64,000 nt of DNA from Candidatus Aminicenantes bacterium (GTDB taxonomy: Bacteria; Acidobacteriota; Aminicenantia; Aminicenantales; UBA4085). Made by a program: the position numbers and the translations under genes. Location: positions 6,246-70,245 of the forward strand of contig JAPKZG010000092.1 of NCBI GenBank assembly GCA_026393895.1, written 5' to 3'. Below the pieces are notes generated by a model that had not been told where the DNA came from, did not search any database, and was given only the letters and a program-made list of their open reading frames with translations. Of the stretch, positions 37,004 to 45,891 are shown piece after piece (the first letter of the stretch is position 1; each line of letters opens with the position of its first letter).

Positions 37004-38178
37004 AGCATGCCATCGATGTACGATCCTTCGCGTGTTATACCGTTTGAAAGTATCTCATCCAAGTCCTCAGGCCAAAGCATCGCTGGTCGTCCATCGGATC
37101 CACGGAAATTAGAACCAAGAGCGAAACCGTACCCAAGAACATTGTAGAGCTTGATGGCTTGTGCGAGCGTAGTCGGTTCGGAGATGTGGAGGATTGAGTA
37201 GTAGAGCGCCATCTTGACTGAGTTTTGGCCTGCTTCGGCAGGGCTCATGTCTAGCCAAGGCGACGGCCGATTGCGGTAGACTTCTTCTCCAAGGCGTCCG
37301 AGACACCATAGGAAGATCTCGAATGCAGCATCGGCCAGGGCTTCGTGAGACCACCGCAGCACGATCTTCCACGCATCGGGCCCATTCTCAATAGCGATCG
37401 CTGAGGCGGCTGGTCTTGGCGGATTTACAATTAAGACGCGGCGATTTCCTCCTGCTCGAAAGCGGAAATGTCGCGATAACCGCCAAGACGATGGGATAAC
37501 GGAGATCTTCAGCGGCTTATCCACCATCCGAACTGAATAACGCACATGCTTTCCATCGGAAGACTGTGTCACTATAGTACGAGATACTCGAGATATGTGG
37601 TTACCGAGTTGCTTAGTTACTTTCTTCTGTGAGCAAAGGTACGATTTCACCTCTGCTATGCCAACAAGAATTGCGCGCTCCCGTGTGGAGGAGGTCACCA
37701 GCAAATGTACGTCAGCGGCTTTCGCCAGAGTTGTACCGCTCGACTTCGGTGCCATGATAGAGTCGCCGACCCAGATCTGTGTAGCTCCAGGTATCCTCCG
37801 AGCCGTCTTGAGCTCCCCTGCAAGTTGCACAATCGGTCCCATTGCGAGCAACTCAGCGAGTGAACCCTGAATCGCAGTAACTACACGCGATACGGCGAAC
37901 CGAATTGCCCAATAGTAATCCTCGGCACGTGCTGTTCCGGAATATTCTGAATCCGGGGCATCACAGTCCTTAAGCAAGTTTTTCATTCTCTCCGCATGTT
38001 TTCCGATTGCTTCAGACAAAGTACTGCGGAAAATCTCTAGCGGAGTCATTCGACATGGAAATACAGCATCAGCCTCAACCGCCTTACCGAGAGCTTGAAG
38101 AAGGTCTTTTCGCAAGTGCGGTTCCAGCATACGCATCGTTAATGCGCTTGAGAAATCTATTCTCTTTGGCGATCTCAT
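36958..38178 (-). CDS. Cassette ORF, putative PD-(D/E)XK nuclease-fold protein
   Basis: KAADVHLL..LVGIAEVKSY motif; the ORF reads into its attC (..LTNKRLQ..); RBS AAGGAG. Confidence 0.6.
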   Translation of the reverse strand: MRSPKRIDFSSALTMRMLEPHLRKDLLQALGKAVEADAVFPCRMTPLEIFRSTLSEAIGKHAERMKNLLKDCDAPDSEYSGTARAEDYYWAIRFAVSRVVTAIQGSLAELLAMGPIVQLAGELKTARRIPGATQIWVGDSIMAPKSSGTTLAKAADVHLLVTSSTRERAILVGIAEVKSYLCSQKKVTKQLGNHISRVSRTIVTQSSDGKHVRYSVRMVDKPLKISVIPSSWRLSRHFRFRAGGNRRVLIVNPPRPAASAIAIENGPDAWKIVLRWSHEALADAAFEIFLWCLGRLGEEVYRNRPSPWLDMSPAEAGQNSVKMALYYSILHISEPTTLAQAIKLYNVLGYGFALGSNFRGSDGRPAMLWPEDLDEILSNGITREGSYIDGMLTNKRLQGTPASGYR

Positions 38179-38206
38179 CTAGTCAAACCTGTCTCTCCTT
38201 AGATCC

Positions 38207-38281
38207 GACTAACGCCATACACAATCAGCTGACAATAAAGCGCGGCGCAATTGCCAGTCCGAGTCAATGCGGTTGTTATAC
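38207..38281 (-). mobile_element. attC site (partly degenerate)
   Basis: GTATAAC-AACCG-CATTGAC..CTGGCAAT/ATTGTCAG..GTTAGTC. Confidence 0.75.
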
Positions 38282-38287
38282 GAGCTC

Positions 38288-39154
38288 CTATGCTTTTCCC
38301 GAAGCAATATCATAAACAAGCGACGCATAACCTACTAAGTATCTCGTTAGCTCGTCAAACGGGTCAAGCTGGATATCCAATGGAATCTCCGGATGTATTC
38401 TTATCTCCAATATTGAAATAACATTTTCATATTCACCCGTACCAAAAAACCTGTAGATAAAAGCCTCATAGTCCTCGTGATATTTTCCATTATTCCAGAA
38501 ACCGCACTTTTTTAAAACGCTTTCCAGAAAGGCATCTCGACTGGTTACCAAGCCGCCTCTATGAACAATGTAATGGCGCAAATGAGCAATCAACTCAATT
38601 GCCAGCTTCAAATTTACATCCAATCTGTTTTTTATCTCAAGATCCACGAGCTGCGGATAGAGCTCACGTAGGCGAGTGAGAATTGATTGCGGAGTGTCTC
38701 GTTTGTTCTTGGCTCGATCCAGATACCAAGCGTAGTCCTTACCAACGAGGTCTGCAATAGAAATATTTCCGAAATCGCTCATTATCCATGACGAAATGTC
38801 TTTGTATCCAAGATGCGCGTAGGTAGCTTCTAAATAATCCTCGAATTCTTCATATGCTTCAGCTAATAGCCAGCAATATTGCTTGTTCTTCTGAAAAACA
38901 ACTAGCTTCTCTCGGTCTTCAAGTGAAGACTCACGGAATCCATATTTTTCCCAAGAACCGGTTTTGGGATCTATATAGTACATCGCATCCAACGATGAAC
39001 TTGATTCTTTTGGTGCAGGATTTTCTTTCAGCTTTTCAGCGTATTGATTGAGCTGGAGGAGTTCTTTCTTTGCAGTGGCTTTGGCAGCTCGCTTGTATAG
39101 AACAATATCCGCAACTCGCTCACTGAAGATCAAAAAGATTTCTTTAAGTGTCAT
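38288..39154 (-). CDS. Cassette ORF, putative HEPN-domain RNase
   Basis: AYEEFEDYL helix and RHYIVH (R-X4-H) motif. Confidence 0.6.
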   Translation of the reverse strand: MTLKEIFLIFSERVADIVLYKRAAKATAKKELLQLNQYAEKLKENPAPKESSSSLDAMYYIDPKTGSWEKYGFRESSLEDREKLVVFQKNKQYCWLLAEAYEEFEDYLEATYAHLGYKDISSWIMSDFGNISIADLVGKDYAWYLDRAKNKRDTPQSILTRLRELYPQLVDLEIKNRLDVNLKLAIELIAHLRHYIVHRGGLVTSRDAFLESVLKKCGFWNNGKYHEDYEAFIYRFFGTGEYENVISILEIRIHPEIPLDIQLDPFDELTRYLVGYASLVYDIASGKA

Positions 39155-39180
39155 TGTTCATTACCTGCGAAGGGCCATTC

Positions 39181-39238
39181 GTATAACGCCCGGCTTCAGC
39201 GGGAGCCCCCGGCGATCTAATGCATGCCGTCGTTATCC
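39181..39238 (-). mobile_element. attC site
   Basis: GGATAAC-GACGG-CATGCAT...GCTGAAG-CCGGGC-GTTATAC. Confidence 0.75.
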
Positions 39239-39250
39239 CTCATTATATCT

Positions 39251-40150
39251 CTATGAGAAGATGGCGATTGGCAGTACCTGAAAGACCGGACCCTTCGCCT
39301 CGAGTTCCATGGAGGGGATCTTGAAGCCTTGAGTCTTTAATTGTTCAGACAATCCTGCGAGAGCATTATTCAGTATTTTCTCCGGCATAGCGCTAAGTGC
39401 GGTCTTTCTTATCAGATTGATCGAATCTTTATCGTCATTAATCACGCTTATTATTTTACCGAGCACATTAAAGTGGCCATCTACAAGATCAGACATAGTT
39501 GGGTCATTGAGAAACTCTCGTTCCAACGTTATCACCGCTCTATAACCGCAGGTCAATATGTCCGTAATAATATCTACGGTGTCGCCCGCCTTCAGGCTTT
39601 CCAAGAATTGTTCCATCTGCGTTTTAATTGCTTTGTTTTTGTCTGGAGTCTGGAATTTTTGAATCTTATTCTGTTGCTGAGGAGGGCCTTGAGAAAAAAG
39701 AATGGCCATATTCATGATCCCAATAAACGTATCCATGGTCTGGATTAATGGGTTCTTTCTCAATGGCGCCGTAAATTCTACGATCTGTCGTATCTCTGGT
39801 TTGTTATTGTCATCTATGAAACTCAACTTATTATCGGCAACAAGAATCTTTCGAAGCATTTGAAACATTGATGCCGGCGTGTGAACCTTTTCTTCGTTTA
39901 TTTGAGTTCCCGAAGAACCATCTTTTTGTTTCTCCCTGTTTCCTGAAACATCTATTCGCAGAAGGGCAGACAGGGCTTTATTAAGGCCAAAAGTCGCTCC
40001 GTACTGCTGCTTGTCACTGGCCGAAGACGATTCCATGGATGTAACCCTGGTGACTGTAGCAATCCCGCCTTGAAGCATGGCGATCATATCGAATACTATA
40101 CGTTGGTTGAGATAGACGGGAATGATCAACTCGTTTTCAATGCTAGACAT
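39251..40150 (-). CDS. Cassette ORF, DUF6414-like protein
   Basis: IPVYLNQRIVFD N-terminus, HTPAS.F, VLGKI, V.PIAIF C-terminus (family recalled from memory). Confidence 0.6.
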   Translation of the reverse strand: MSSIENELIIPVYLNQRIVFDMIAMLQGGIATVTRVTSMESSSASDKQQYGATFGLNKALSALLRIDVSGNREKQKDGSSGTQINEEKVHTPASMFQMLRKILVADNKLSFIDDNNKPEIRQIVEFTAPLRKNPLIQTMDTFIGIMNMAILFSQGPPQQQNKIQKFQTPDKNKAIKTQMEQFLESLKAGDTVDIITDILTCGYRAVITLEREFLNDPTMSDLVDGHFNVLGKIISVINDDKDSINLIRKTALSAMPEKILNNALAGLSEQLKTQGFKIPSMELEAKGPVFQVLPIAIFS

Positions 40151-40177
40151 CTGAAAGACCTCCCTTCTTTATCGCGG

Positions 40178-40248
40178 GGCTAACGTTCGAGCTAAGCGGC
40201 CATTTTGAGCGAAAGCGAAAAATGGTCCGCTTGAGCGAATGGTTAGGC
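40178..40248 (-). mobile_element. attC site (canonical)
   Basis: GCCTAAC-CATTC-GCTCAAGCGGACCATTTT...AAAATGGCCGCTTAGC-TCGAAC-GTTAGCC. Confidence 0.92.
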
Positions 40249-40337
40249 GCCAGGCATACAACTTTCGAGATGCATAAGACATATTTTCACAATAGTATCT
40301 TGGCAGACAGCGTTAAGCACACCATGAAGATCTACAA

Positions 40338-40832
40338 TCATATAATCACGATAAGACGTGTAACCACCACAACAAGAAGACAAGACCAAACAAACATAAA
40401 CAAATAGAAAACTGACAACAGGCCTTTACGGCTAGAATAGTACTTAAGAGGAGGCTTGTGATTTCTCAATATTTCTAGGAGAGCTTTGTTATGAGCAGAA
40501 GGATGATTCCTGAAAATCCATACATCTGGAAGAGCCTTTTCCTCGAATTCAGCTAATCTATACTCCCAATAACTTACCCAAAAGTACGCGCCCTTCACTA
40601 CTCGAAGGGAGAAGACTGACAATAACATTCCTGTAACTGCAAGAGCGAGAGTCATCATTGTCTCGTGAAGAGATGCACCACGAGCTACTCCAAGAAAAGC
40701 TTGCGTTGAAAAAGCTAGCAGCGCACCTTGAACAAGTACACATATATTGGATCGAGAGACAAAATGGTTCAACTCCAGTTCTCGACATTTTTGCAGAATC
40801 TCGAAAGCCTTATTAACGCTGTCATCATCCAT
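40338..40832 (-). CDS. Cassette ORF, small multi-TM membrane protein (RipA/8xMP-like)
   Basis: R..E...F..RSN....Q.AL, W...WE....E; about 3 hydrophobic segments; ATG 40832 after GGAGG. Confidence 0.6.
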   Translation of the reverse strand: MDDDSVNKAFEILQKCRELELNHFVSRSNICVLVQGALLAFSTQAFLGVARGASLHETMMTLALAVTGMLLSVFSLRVVKGAYFWVSYWEYRLAEFEEKALPDVWIFRNHPSAHNKALLEILRNHKPPLKYYSSRKGLLSVFYLFMFVWSCLLVVVVTRLIVII

Positions 40833-40850
40833 AATGCCCTCCTTCCTGGC

Positions 40851-40870
40851 GCCTAACATCGTTTACATAG
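40851..40870 (-). mobile_element. attI-like recombination junction
   Basis: TATGTAA-ACGAT-GTTAGGC: a core GTTRRRY with no upstream attC hairpin. Confidence 0.6.
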
Positions 40871-41112
40871 ATCCATATAAAAACCGAATACCTCATTAAG
40901 TGCCGTAAAAGACGCCTGTGAAAGGAGTATCAGACAGGTCATAACCAATGAAATATCAGCCGGTTGCGTCATAATGCGATTTTTATCAAGATGATTGATC
41001 CGAAATCGACGCGGACGGGACACCAAACAACGGCCGAAATAAACGGATTTTTCCGCTGCGACAAAACCGACTTCTAGCATTGTCCGCAACCAATTCCCTT
41101 GAATATAAATTG

Positions 41113-41142
41113 AGATTAACACCCTAATTTAAACGATGTCAA
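41113..41142 (-). promoter_or_regulatory. Candidate Pc-like promoter facing the cassette array
   Basis: TTGACA-N18-TAATCT with a TGn extension. Confidence 0.55.
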
Positions 41143-41220
41143 ATAGATTGCGTAGAGCGCCGTCATCCCGATATAATGAACCGGTTATTTCCGATGTCCG
41201 CCGGCCGCAAGGAGAATCAC

Positions 41221-42381
41221 ATGTCCCTCCGCTTTTCGCCGTCCTCGGCGCTTCCCGTGCTCGTTCTAATCGCCCTGGCCGTTTTCGGACGGGCGGCCGG
41301 AGCCCAATCCCCGGAGCGTTTTTTCGACACGGCGTCCGTCGCTCACGACACGGTCCGCCTGACGGTCTTTTACCCCTCCGTCAAAACCCTCAAGAACATC
41401 TTCGCCCTCAAGGCCCAAGGTTTCATTCCCTACAAAAACCTCGAGATCATCGGCGTTTATCACGTGAAGGAAAAAACGGACTACCGGGAATCGGTCCGGT
41501 ATCTTCAGGACGAAAAAATCGAAGGCGTCCGTTTTCACGCGGTTGCCGCGGATTTGAGCGTCGAAACGCTGTATGGGCCGAACGCGGCCTCGGACGAGTT
41601 CCGGAAAATTTTCGACCTCTCCGACGGGATGATCTTCTTCGGCGGCCCCGACATGCCCCCGGCCGCCTATGGTGAAAAAACGGACTTCCGGACCGTCATC
41701 GAGGATCCGTACCGCCATTACCTCGAGTTGTCCATGATCTTCCATCTCCTGGGAGGCGGGCAAAACGAGGGCTTCAAGGGATTCCTTGAAAACCGGCCCG
41801 ACTTTCCGATCCTCGGAATCTGCCTCGGGATGCAGAGCCTCAACGTCGGCGCCGGCGGAACGATGGTCCAGGACCTTTGGAGCGAGATTTACGGCAAAAC
41901 CACCGTCGAGGAAGCCGTCGCTCTGGACCGGGAGCAATGGCACAAGAACCCTTATGCCATGATCCCGCCGCTCGACCGGGATCTCGGCCCTTACATGCTC
42001 CATCCGATCAAGCTTTCGGCCGAAGGCCGCACCTGGAAAGCCATGGGGATGACCGCTGCTGACCGGCCGTATGTCGCGAGTTCCCATCATCAAAGCCTCG
42101 AAAAAATCGGGAAAGGCTTCACGGTCGTCGCGACCTCAACGGACGACCGGATCATCGAGGCGATCGAACACGAAAAATTCCGAAACGTCCTGGGCGTCCA
42201 GTTTCATCCGGAGTTCCGGAAGCTCTGGGACGCGACGCCCGAATATAAAACCACGCCGGACGACCGCGATCTGTTCGGTTACCGGACGCAGCTCGAGGCC
42301 CATCCGCCGAGCTATGAATTTCACAAGCGGCTCTGGATCTGGTTTTTCACCCGGATGAAAGCCCCGGGCCGGACGACCTGA
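41221..42381 (+). CDS. Peptidase C26 / gamma-glutamyl hydrolase family, with signal peptide
   Basis: GGPDM.P..YG, PILGICLGMQ, SHHQ, GVQFHPE. Confidence 0.88.
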   Translation: MSLRFSPSSALPVLVLIALAVFGRAAGAQSPERFFDTASVAHDTVRLTVFYPSVKTLKNIFALKAQGFIPYKNLEIIGVYHVKEKTDYRESVRYLQDEKIEGVRFHAVAADLSVETLYGPNAASDEFRKIFDLSDGMIFFGGPDMPPAAYGEKTDFRTVIEDPYRHYLELSMIFHLLGGGQNEGFKGFLENRPDFPILGICLGMQSLNVGAGGTMVQDLWSEIYGKTTVEEAVALDREQWHKNPYAMIPPLDRDLGPYMLHPIKLSAEGRTWKAMGMTAADRPYVASSHHQSLEKIGKGFTVVATSTDDRIIEAIEHEKFRNVLGVQFHPEFRKLWDATPEYKTTPDDRDLFGYRTQLEAHPPSYEFHKRLWIWFFTRMKAPGRTT

Positions 42382-42413
42382 GCGCTTTTTTCCCGGGGGC
42401 CGCCCCGGGGCGT

Positions 42414-42896
42414 TCAACCGCGGGCAAAATTCTTTCGAATTTTCTCGATGATGTTCGTGCTGGAATGTCCGCGGCGATAGGGGACGCGGTAAACCCGGCC
42501 CCCGGCGTATTCGACCTCCGCAGCTCCGACGATTTCGCCCGTGCCCCAATCACCGCCCTTGACCAAGACGTCGGGAAGCAGCGCGGCGATGATTTTTTGG
42601 GGGGTGTCTTCCTCAAACCAGGTGACGTAATCGATATCCGCCAGGGCGGCCAGGACTTCCATCCGTTCGGCCAGGGGAAAGACGGGCCGGGCGGGGCCTT
42701 TCAGCCGCCGGATCGAAGCGTCGGAGTTTACCGCCACGATCAAGATGTCGCCCTGGGCCTTCGCCTGCCGGAACAGGTGAATATGCCCGCCGTGGATCAG
42801 GTCGAAACACCCGTTGGTGAAGACCACATGCAGGCCTTCGCGGCGCAGCCGGGCCCGGACGCGTTTCAACCTTTCGAGGGACCGGATTTTATTCAT
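42414..42896 (-). CDS. rfaE2: D-glycero-beta-D-manno-heptose 1-phosphate adenylyltransferase (RfaE domain II)
   Basis: [36 protein letters not shown]. Confidence 0.92.
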   Translation of the reverse strand: MNKIRSLERLKRVRARLRREGLHVVFTNGCFDLIHGGHIHLFRQAKAQGDILIVAVNSDASIRRLKGPARPVFPLAERMEVLAALADIDYVTWFEEDTPQKIIAALLPDVLVKGGDWGTGEIVGAAEVEYAGGRVYRVPYRRGHSSTNIIEKIRKNFARG

Positions 42897-44331
42897 GTGA
42901 TTTCGACGGCAGTTTGACCGTAATTTCCGGCGAGAACTCCCAGGCGTGGGCGAGCCGGGCCACGCCCTCGTCCCGGATCATCGAGGAAACGAGGAACGAA
43001 TACATGTTCCGGTGGTAATCGTAAGGGTAACCGTCGCGCTTGTGGACGGCGAGGTCGAGATAGTAGGTCCCGTTGATCAGGGGAAGCGATTCGATCCGGC
43101 AGACGACCCGGCCCTCCCCCGAAAGAGCGACGGATTCATATTCCTCCAGGTTCGTGTTCGTCCCGTAACACATCACGCCCATGGAATTGGAAATGGCAAT
43201 ACCGAAAACGAAATCCTTAACCGGTTCCTTGGCCGCGATGTCCAACTCGATCACCAGGCTGTCTCCGGGATGGAAAACGTGTTTTTCCTCGCCCTTGGCG
43301 TTCCGGAGAACGACCCGCCGGATCTCGACTTCCCGCTTGCCCCACCGCTGTTCCCGGCGGCCTTCGTCGGATACGGCCGTCGTTTCGGCCGCGGCGGCGG
43401 GTGTTTCGACCGGACCGGCGGTTTCCACCGGCGCCGCAACAACGGGTTTATCCATCGCCGGCTTGACGTCCGCCGGCAAAGAAACAGGAGCGTTTTCGAT
43501 CGCCGGGGGAACGGCCGGGGCGGCCGCAGCGACCTCGACGGCCGCCGCCGCTTCTTCCTTCCGTTCCCGGAATTCGGTCTCTTGTTCCTCGGTGACGTCC
43601 TGCATGTAGGCGTCGACGACCCGCTTGGGTTCTCCCAGCATCCGGATTTTCCCGTCCTTCATCCAGGCGACCTTGTTGCATATTTTAGCCACCGTGGCCA
43701 GGTCGTGGCTGACGAAGAGGATGGTCTTTTTCCGCCGGCGGAAATCGTCGATCCGGTCGAGGCACTTCGGGACGAAGGCCGCGTCTCCGACCGCGAGGAC
43801 CTCGTCGATGAGCAGAACCTCGGGGTTGACGTTAATGGCGATGGAGAACCCGAGCCGCATGTACATGCCCGAGGAATACGTCTTGACCGGCGCTTCGATG
43901 AACTCCTCGAGTTCGGCGAACCGGACGATTTCGTCGAATTTGCGGGTGATCTCCTTTTTGGAGAGCCCCAGCATGATGCCGTTGATAAAGACGTTTTCCC
44001 GTCCGGAAATCTCCGGATGGAATCCCGCCCCCAGTTCGATCAGGGCGGAGACCTTGCCCGTCACCGAAATCCGCCCGGAGGTTGGCTTGGCGATCCCGGC
44101 GACCAATTTGAGGATGGTGCTTTTGCCGGAGCCGTTTTCCCCGATCAGGCCGAATGTCTGCCCTTTTTCGACATGCAAACTGATGTCGTCGACGGCCTTA
44201 ACGAGTTCGTCCGGCCTGAGCGATCCGAAGAGATCCCCTTTGACGATGGCGCTCTTGAACGTTTGAAACCGGTGCCGGGACGAGTATTTCTGATAGATCC
44301 GGGTGACGTGATCGAGTTCGATGACGGCCAT
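42889..44331 (-). CDS. wzt: Polysaccharide ABC exporter ATPase with C-terminal Wzt_C domain
   Basis: [37 protein letters not shown]; A/P/E-rich linker. Confidence 0.93.
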   Translation of the reverse strand: MAVIELDHVTRIYQKYSSRHRFQTFKSAIVKGDLFGSLRPDELVKAVDDISLHVEKGQTFGLIGENGSGKSTILKLVAGIAKPTSGRISVTGKVSALIELGAGFHPEISGRENVFINGIMLGLSKKEITRKFDEIVRFAELEEFIEAPVKTYSSGMYMRLGFSIAINVNPEVLLIDEVLAVGDAAFVPKCLDRIDDFRRRKKTILFVSHDLATVAKICNKVAWMKDGKIRMLGEPKRVVDAYMQDVTEEQETEFRERKEEAAAAVEVAAAAPAVPPAIENAPVSLPADVKPAMDKPVVAAPVETAGPVETPAAAAETTAVSDEGRREQRWGKREVEIRRVVLRNAKGEEKHVFHPGDSLVIELDIAAKEPVKDFVFGIAISNSMGVMCYGTNTNLEEYESVALSGEGRVVCRIESLPLINGTYYLDLAVHKRDGYPYDYHRNMYSFLVSSMIRDEGVARLAHAWEFSPEITVKLPSKSHE

Positions 44332-45140
44332 CAGACTTCCTCCGGGAACGAATCGCGGAGACGGTCGAATACCGCGTACCCGATCAGGAAAAGGACGACC
44401 GAAACAGCCAGAGTAACCCCAAGCTTTGTCCAGTCCGGCATCCGGCCGAAGAAGAGACAGTCATGATATCCCGCGATGATGTGGGTCATGGGGTTGAAAT
44501 TTAGGACTTTCCGCAGCATCGACGACTCCGGCAGCGCCCCGAGCGAATAAACGATGGGTGTGGAGAAAAACCAGAACGTCAGCAGGTTGCCGAGAATATC
44601 CTTGATGTCCCGGAAGTGAACGGTCAGGGCGGATAGCAAAAGGGCGAAGCCCAGGGTGAAGAGATATTGAACGAGCATGACGACGGGCAGCAAGAGAGCG
44701 TAAACCGTCGGCGGTTTTCCGAAAACAATCAGGAAAATCAGGAGGATCGGCAGGCCGAAGAGAAAATTGACGAAATTCGAGGACACCGAGACGATCGGCA
44801 GAATTTCGGCTGGAAAAATGATTTTTTTGATGAGGTTGCCGTTGATCATCAAGACGTTGGCCGAGTCGTTCGAAGACGACGAAAACCACGTCCAGGGCAG
44901 GATCCCGGCAAAGAGGTACAGGGCGTACATCCAGGGTCCCTCCCCGAGGGAGGGATCGCGCGGCTTGAGAATGAACCCGAAGACGACGGTGTAAACGATC
45001 ATCAGGAGGAGCGGGTTGAAAAACGACCAGAAAAAGCCCAAGACCGTCCCCCGGTACCGGGCTTTCAGTTCCCGTCCGACCAGGGTACGGATGAGGAGCC
45101 GGTGTTTATAGACTTCCCGTAAATTAGCGGCGAGTTTCAT
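44331..45140 (-). CDS. wzm: Polysaccharide ABC exporter permease
   Basis: ELKARYRGT.LG.FW, KKI.FP.EILP, FRDI, NPM. Confidence 0.93.
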   Translation of the reverse strand: MKLAANLREVYKHRLLIRTLVGRELKARYRGTVLGFFWSFFNPLLLMIVYTVVFGFILKPRDPSLGEGPWMYALYLFAGILPWTWFSSSSNDSANVLMINGNLIKKIIFPAEILPIVSVSSNFVNFLFGLPILLIFLIVFGKPPTVYALLLPVVMLVQYLFTLGFALLLSALTVHFRDIKDILGNLLTFWFFSTPIVYSLGALPESSMLRKVLNFNPMTHIIAGYHDCLFFGRMPDWTKLGVTLAVSVVLFLIGYAVFDRLRDSFPEEV

Positions 45141-45879
45141 TCGACGGTCCTTCGAGCATCGCCGATACCTCCGGCGTGAATCCTCCGCCGCTTTCCGGAT
45201 GAAGGATGAGCGGCGGAAGCACGGTTTCCTCTCCCGGAAAAGCGGCGGCGAACCGGAGTTCAGCCAAAAATAGATTCGGCCCTTCGTTTTCGCGCGGATG
45301 GATCCGCCGGACGACGGCCGGCCTCAAGCCCCGGCCTTCCGCGGCGCCGCGGAATTCCCCTTCCCGGGCGGCCGGATAGACGAAAAAAGCCCGGCCGTCA
45401 CCTTTCAAGAGTTCGGAAACGGTTCGCATAAGCTCCATAATATCGCACGTTATTTCGTGTTTTGCAATCGCCTTCTCCCTGTCCGGGCAGGGGGATCCGG
45501 CTTTTTTCTCATGGTAAGGCGGGTTGGAAAGCACGACATCGAACCGCCGCCCGGGCCGGTAGCTCCGCAGGTCGACCTCGACGATCTCGACCCGGCCGGC
45601 CAGGCCGTTTCCGGCAACGTTCCGGCGGGCCATGTCGGCCAGTCGCGGCTGGATTTCCACCGCGGTCAGGCGGCGGAACGGCCGGAAACCCAGCAGGACC
45701 GCCACCACCCCGTTTCCCGTCCCCAGCTCGCAGACGTCGTCGCCCGGGCGGATCTCGACGAACGCCGCAAGCAACGGCGCGTCCGTGGCGAAGCGATATC
45801 CTTTTTTCGGCTGGATCAGGCGGACGCGCCCCCGGTAGAAATCATCCAGGGTTTCACCGGACCGGAGGGTGTCGTCCAT
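45124..45879 (-). CDS. tRNA1(Val) A37 N6-methyltransferase-like (YfiC/TrmN6)
   Basis: Q...GYRF.TD..LLA, ELGTGNG, SNPPY, IAKHE. Confidence 0.85.
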   Translation of the reverse strand: MDDTLRSGETLDDFYRGRVRLIQPKKGYRFATDAPLLAAFVEIRPGDDVCELGTGNGVVAVLLGFRPFRRLTAVEIQPRLADMARRNVAGNGLAGRVEIVEVDLRSYRPGRRFDVVLSNPPYHEKKAGSPCPDREKAIAKHEITCDIMELMRTVSELLKGDGRAFFVYPAAREGEFRGAAEGRGLRPAVVRRIHPRENEGPNLFLAELRFAAAFPGEETVLPPLILHPESGGGFTPEVSAMLEGPSNETRR

Positions 45880-45891
45880 CGTCCTGTTTCA

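Larger units (their letters stand above)
36943..40870 (-). mobile_element. Integron gene-cassette array without adjacent integrase (CALIN-like), four cassettes
   Basis: Four co-oriented ORFs with atypical composition, each followed by an attC; each cassette's leading GTT core complements its own R'' box. Confidence 0.9.

Noticed and set aside
40853-41122. 89-aa ORF or spacer as an intI remnant
   Set aside because: No tyrosine-recombinase motifs recognisable on either strand; looks like AT-rich promoter/att DNA.
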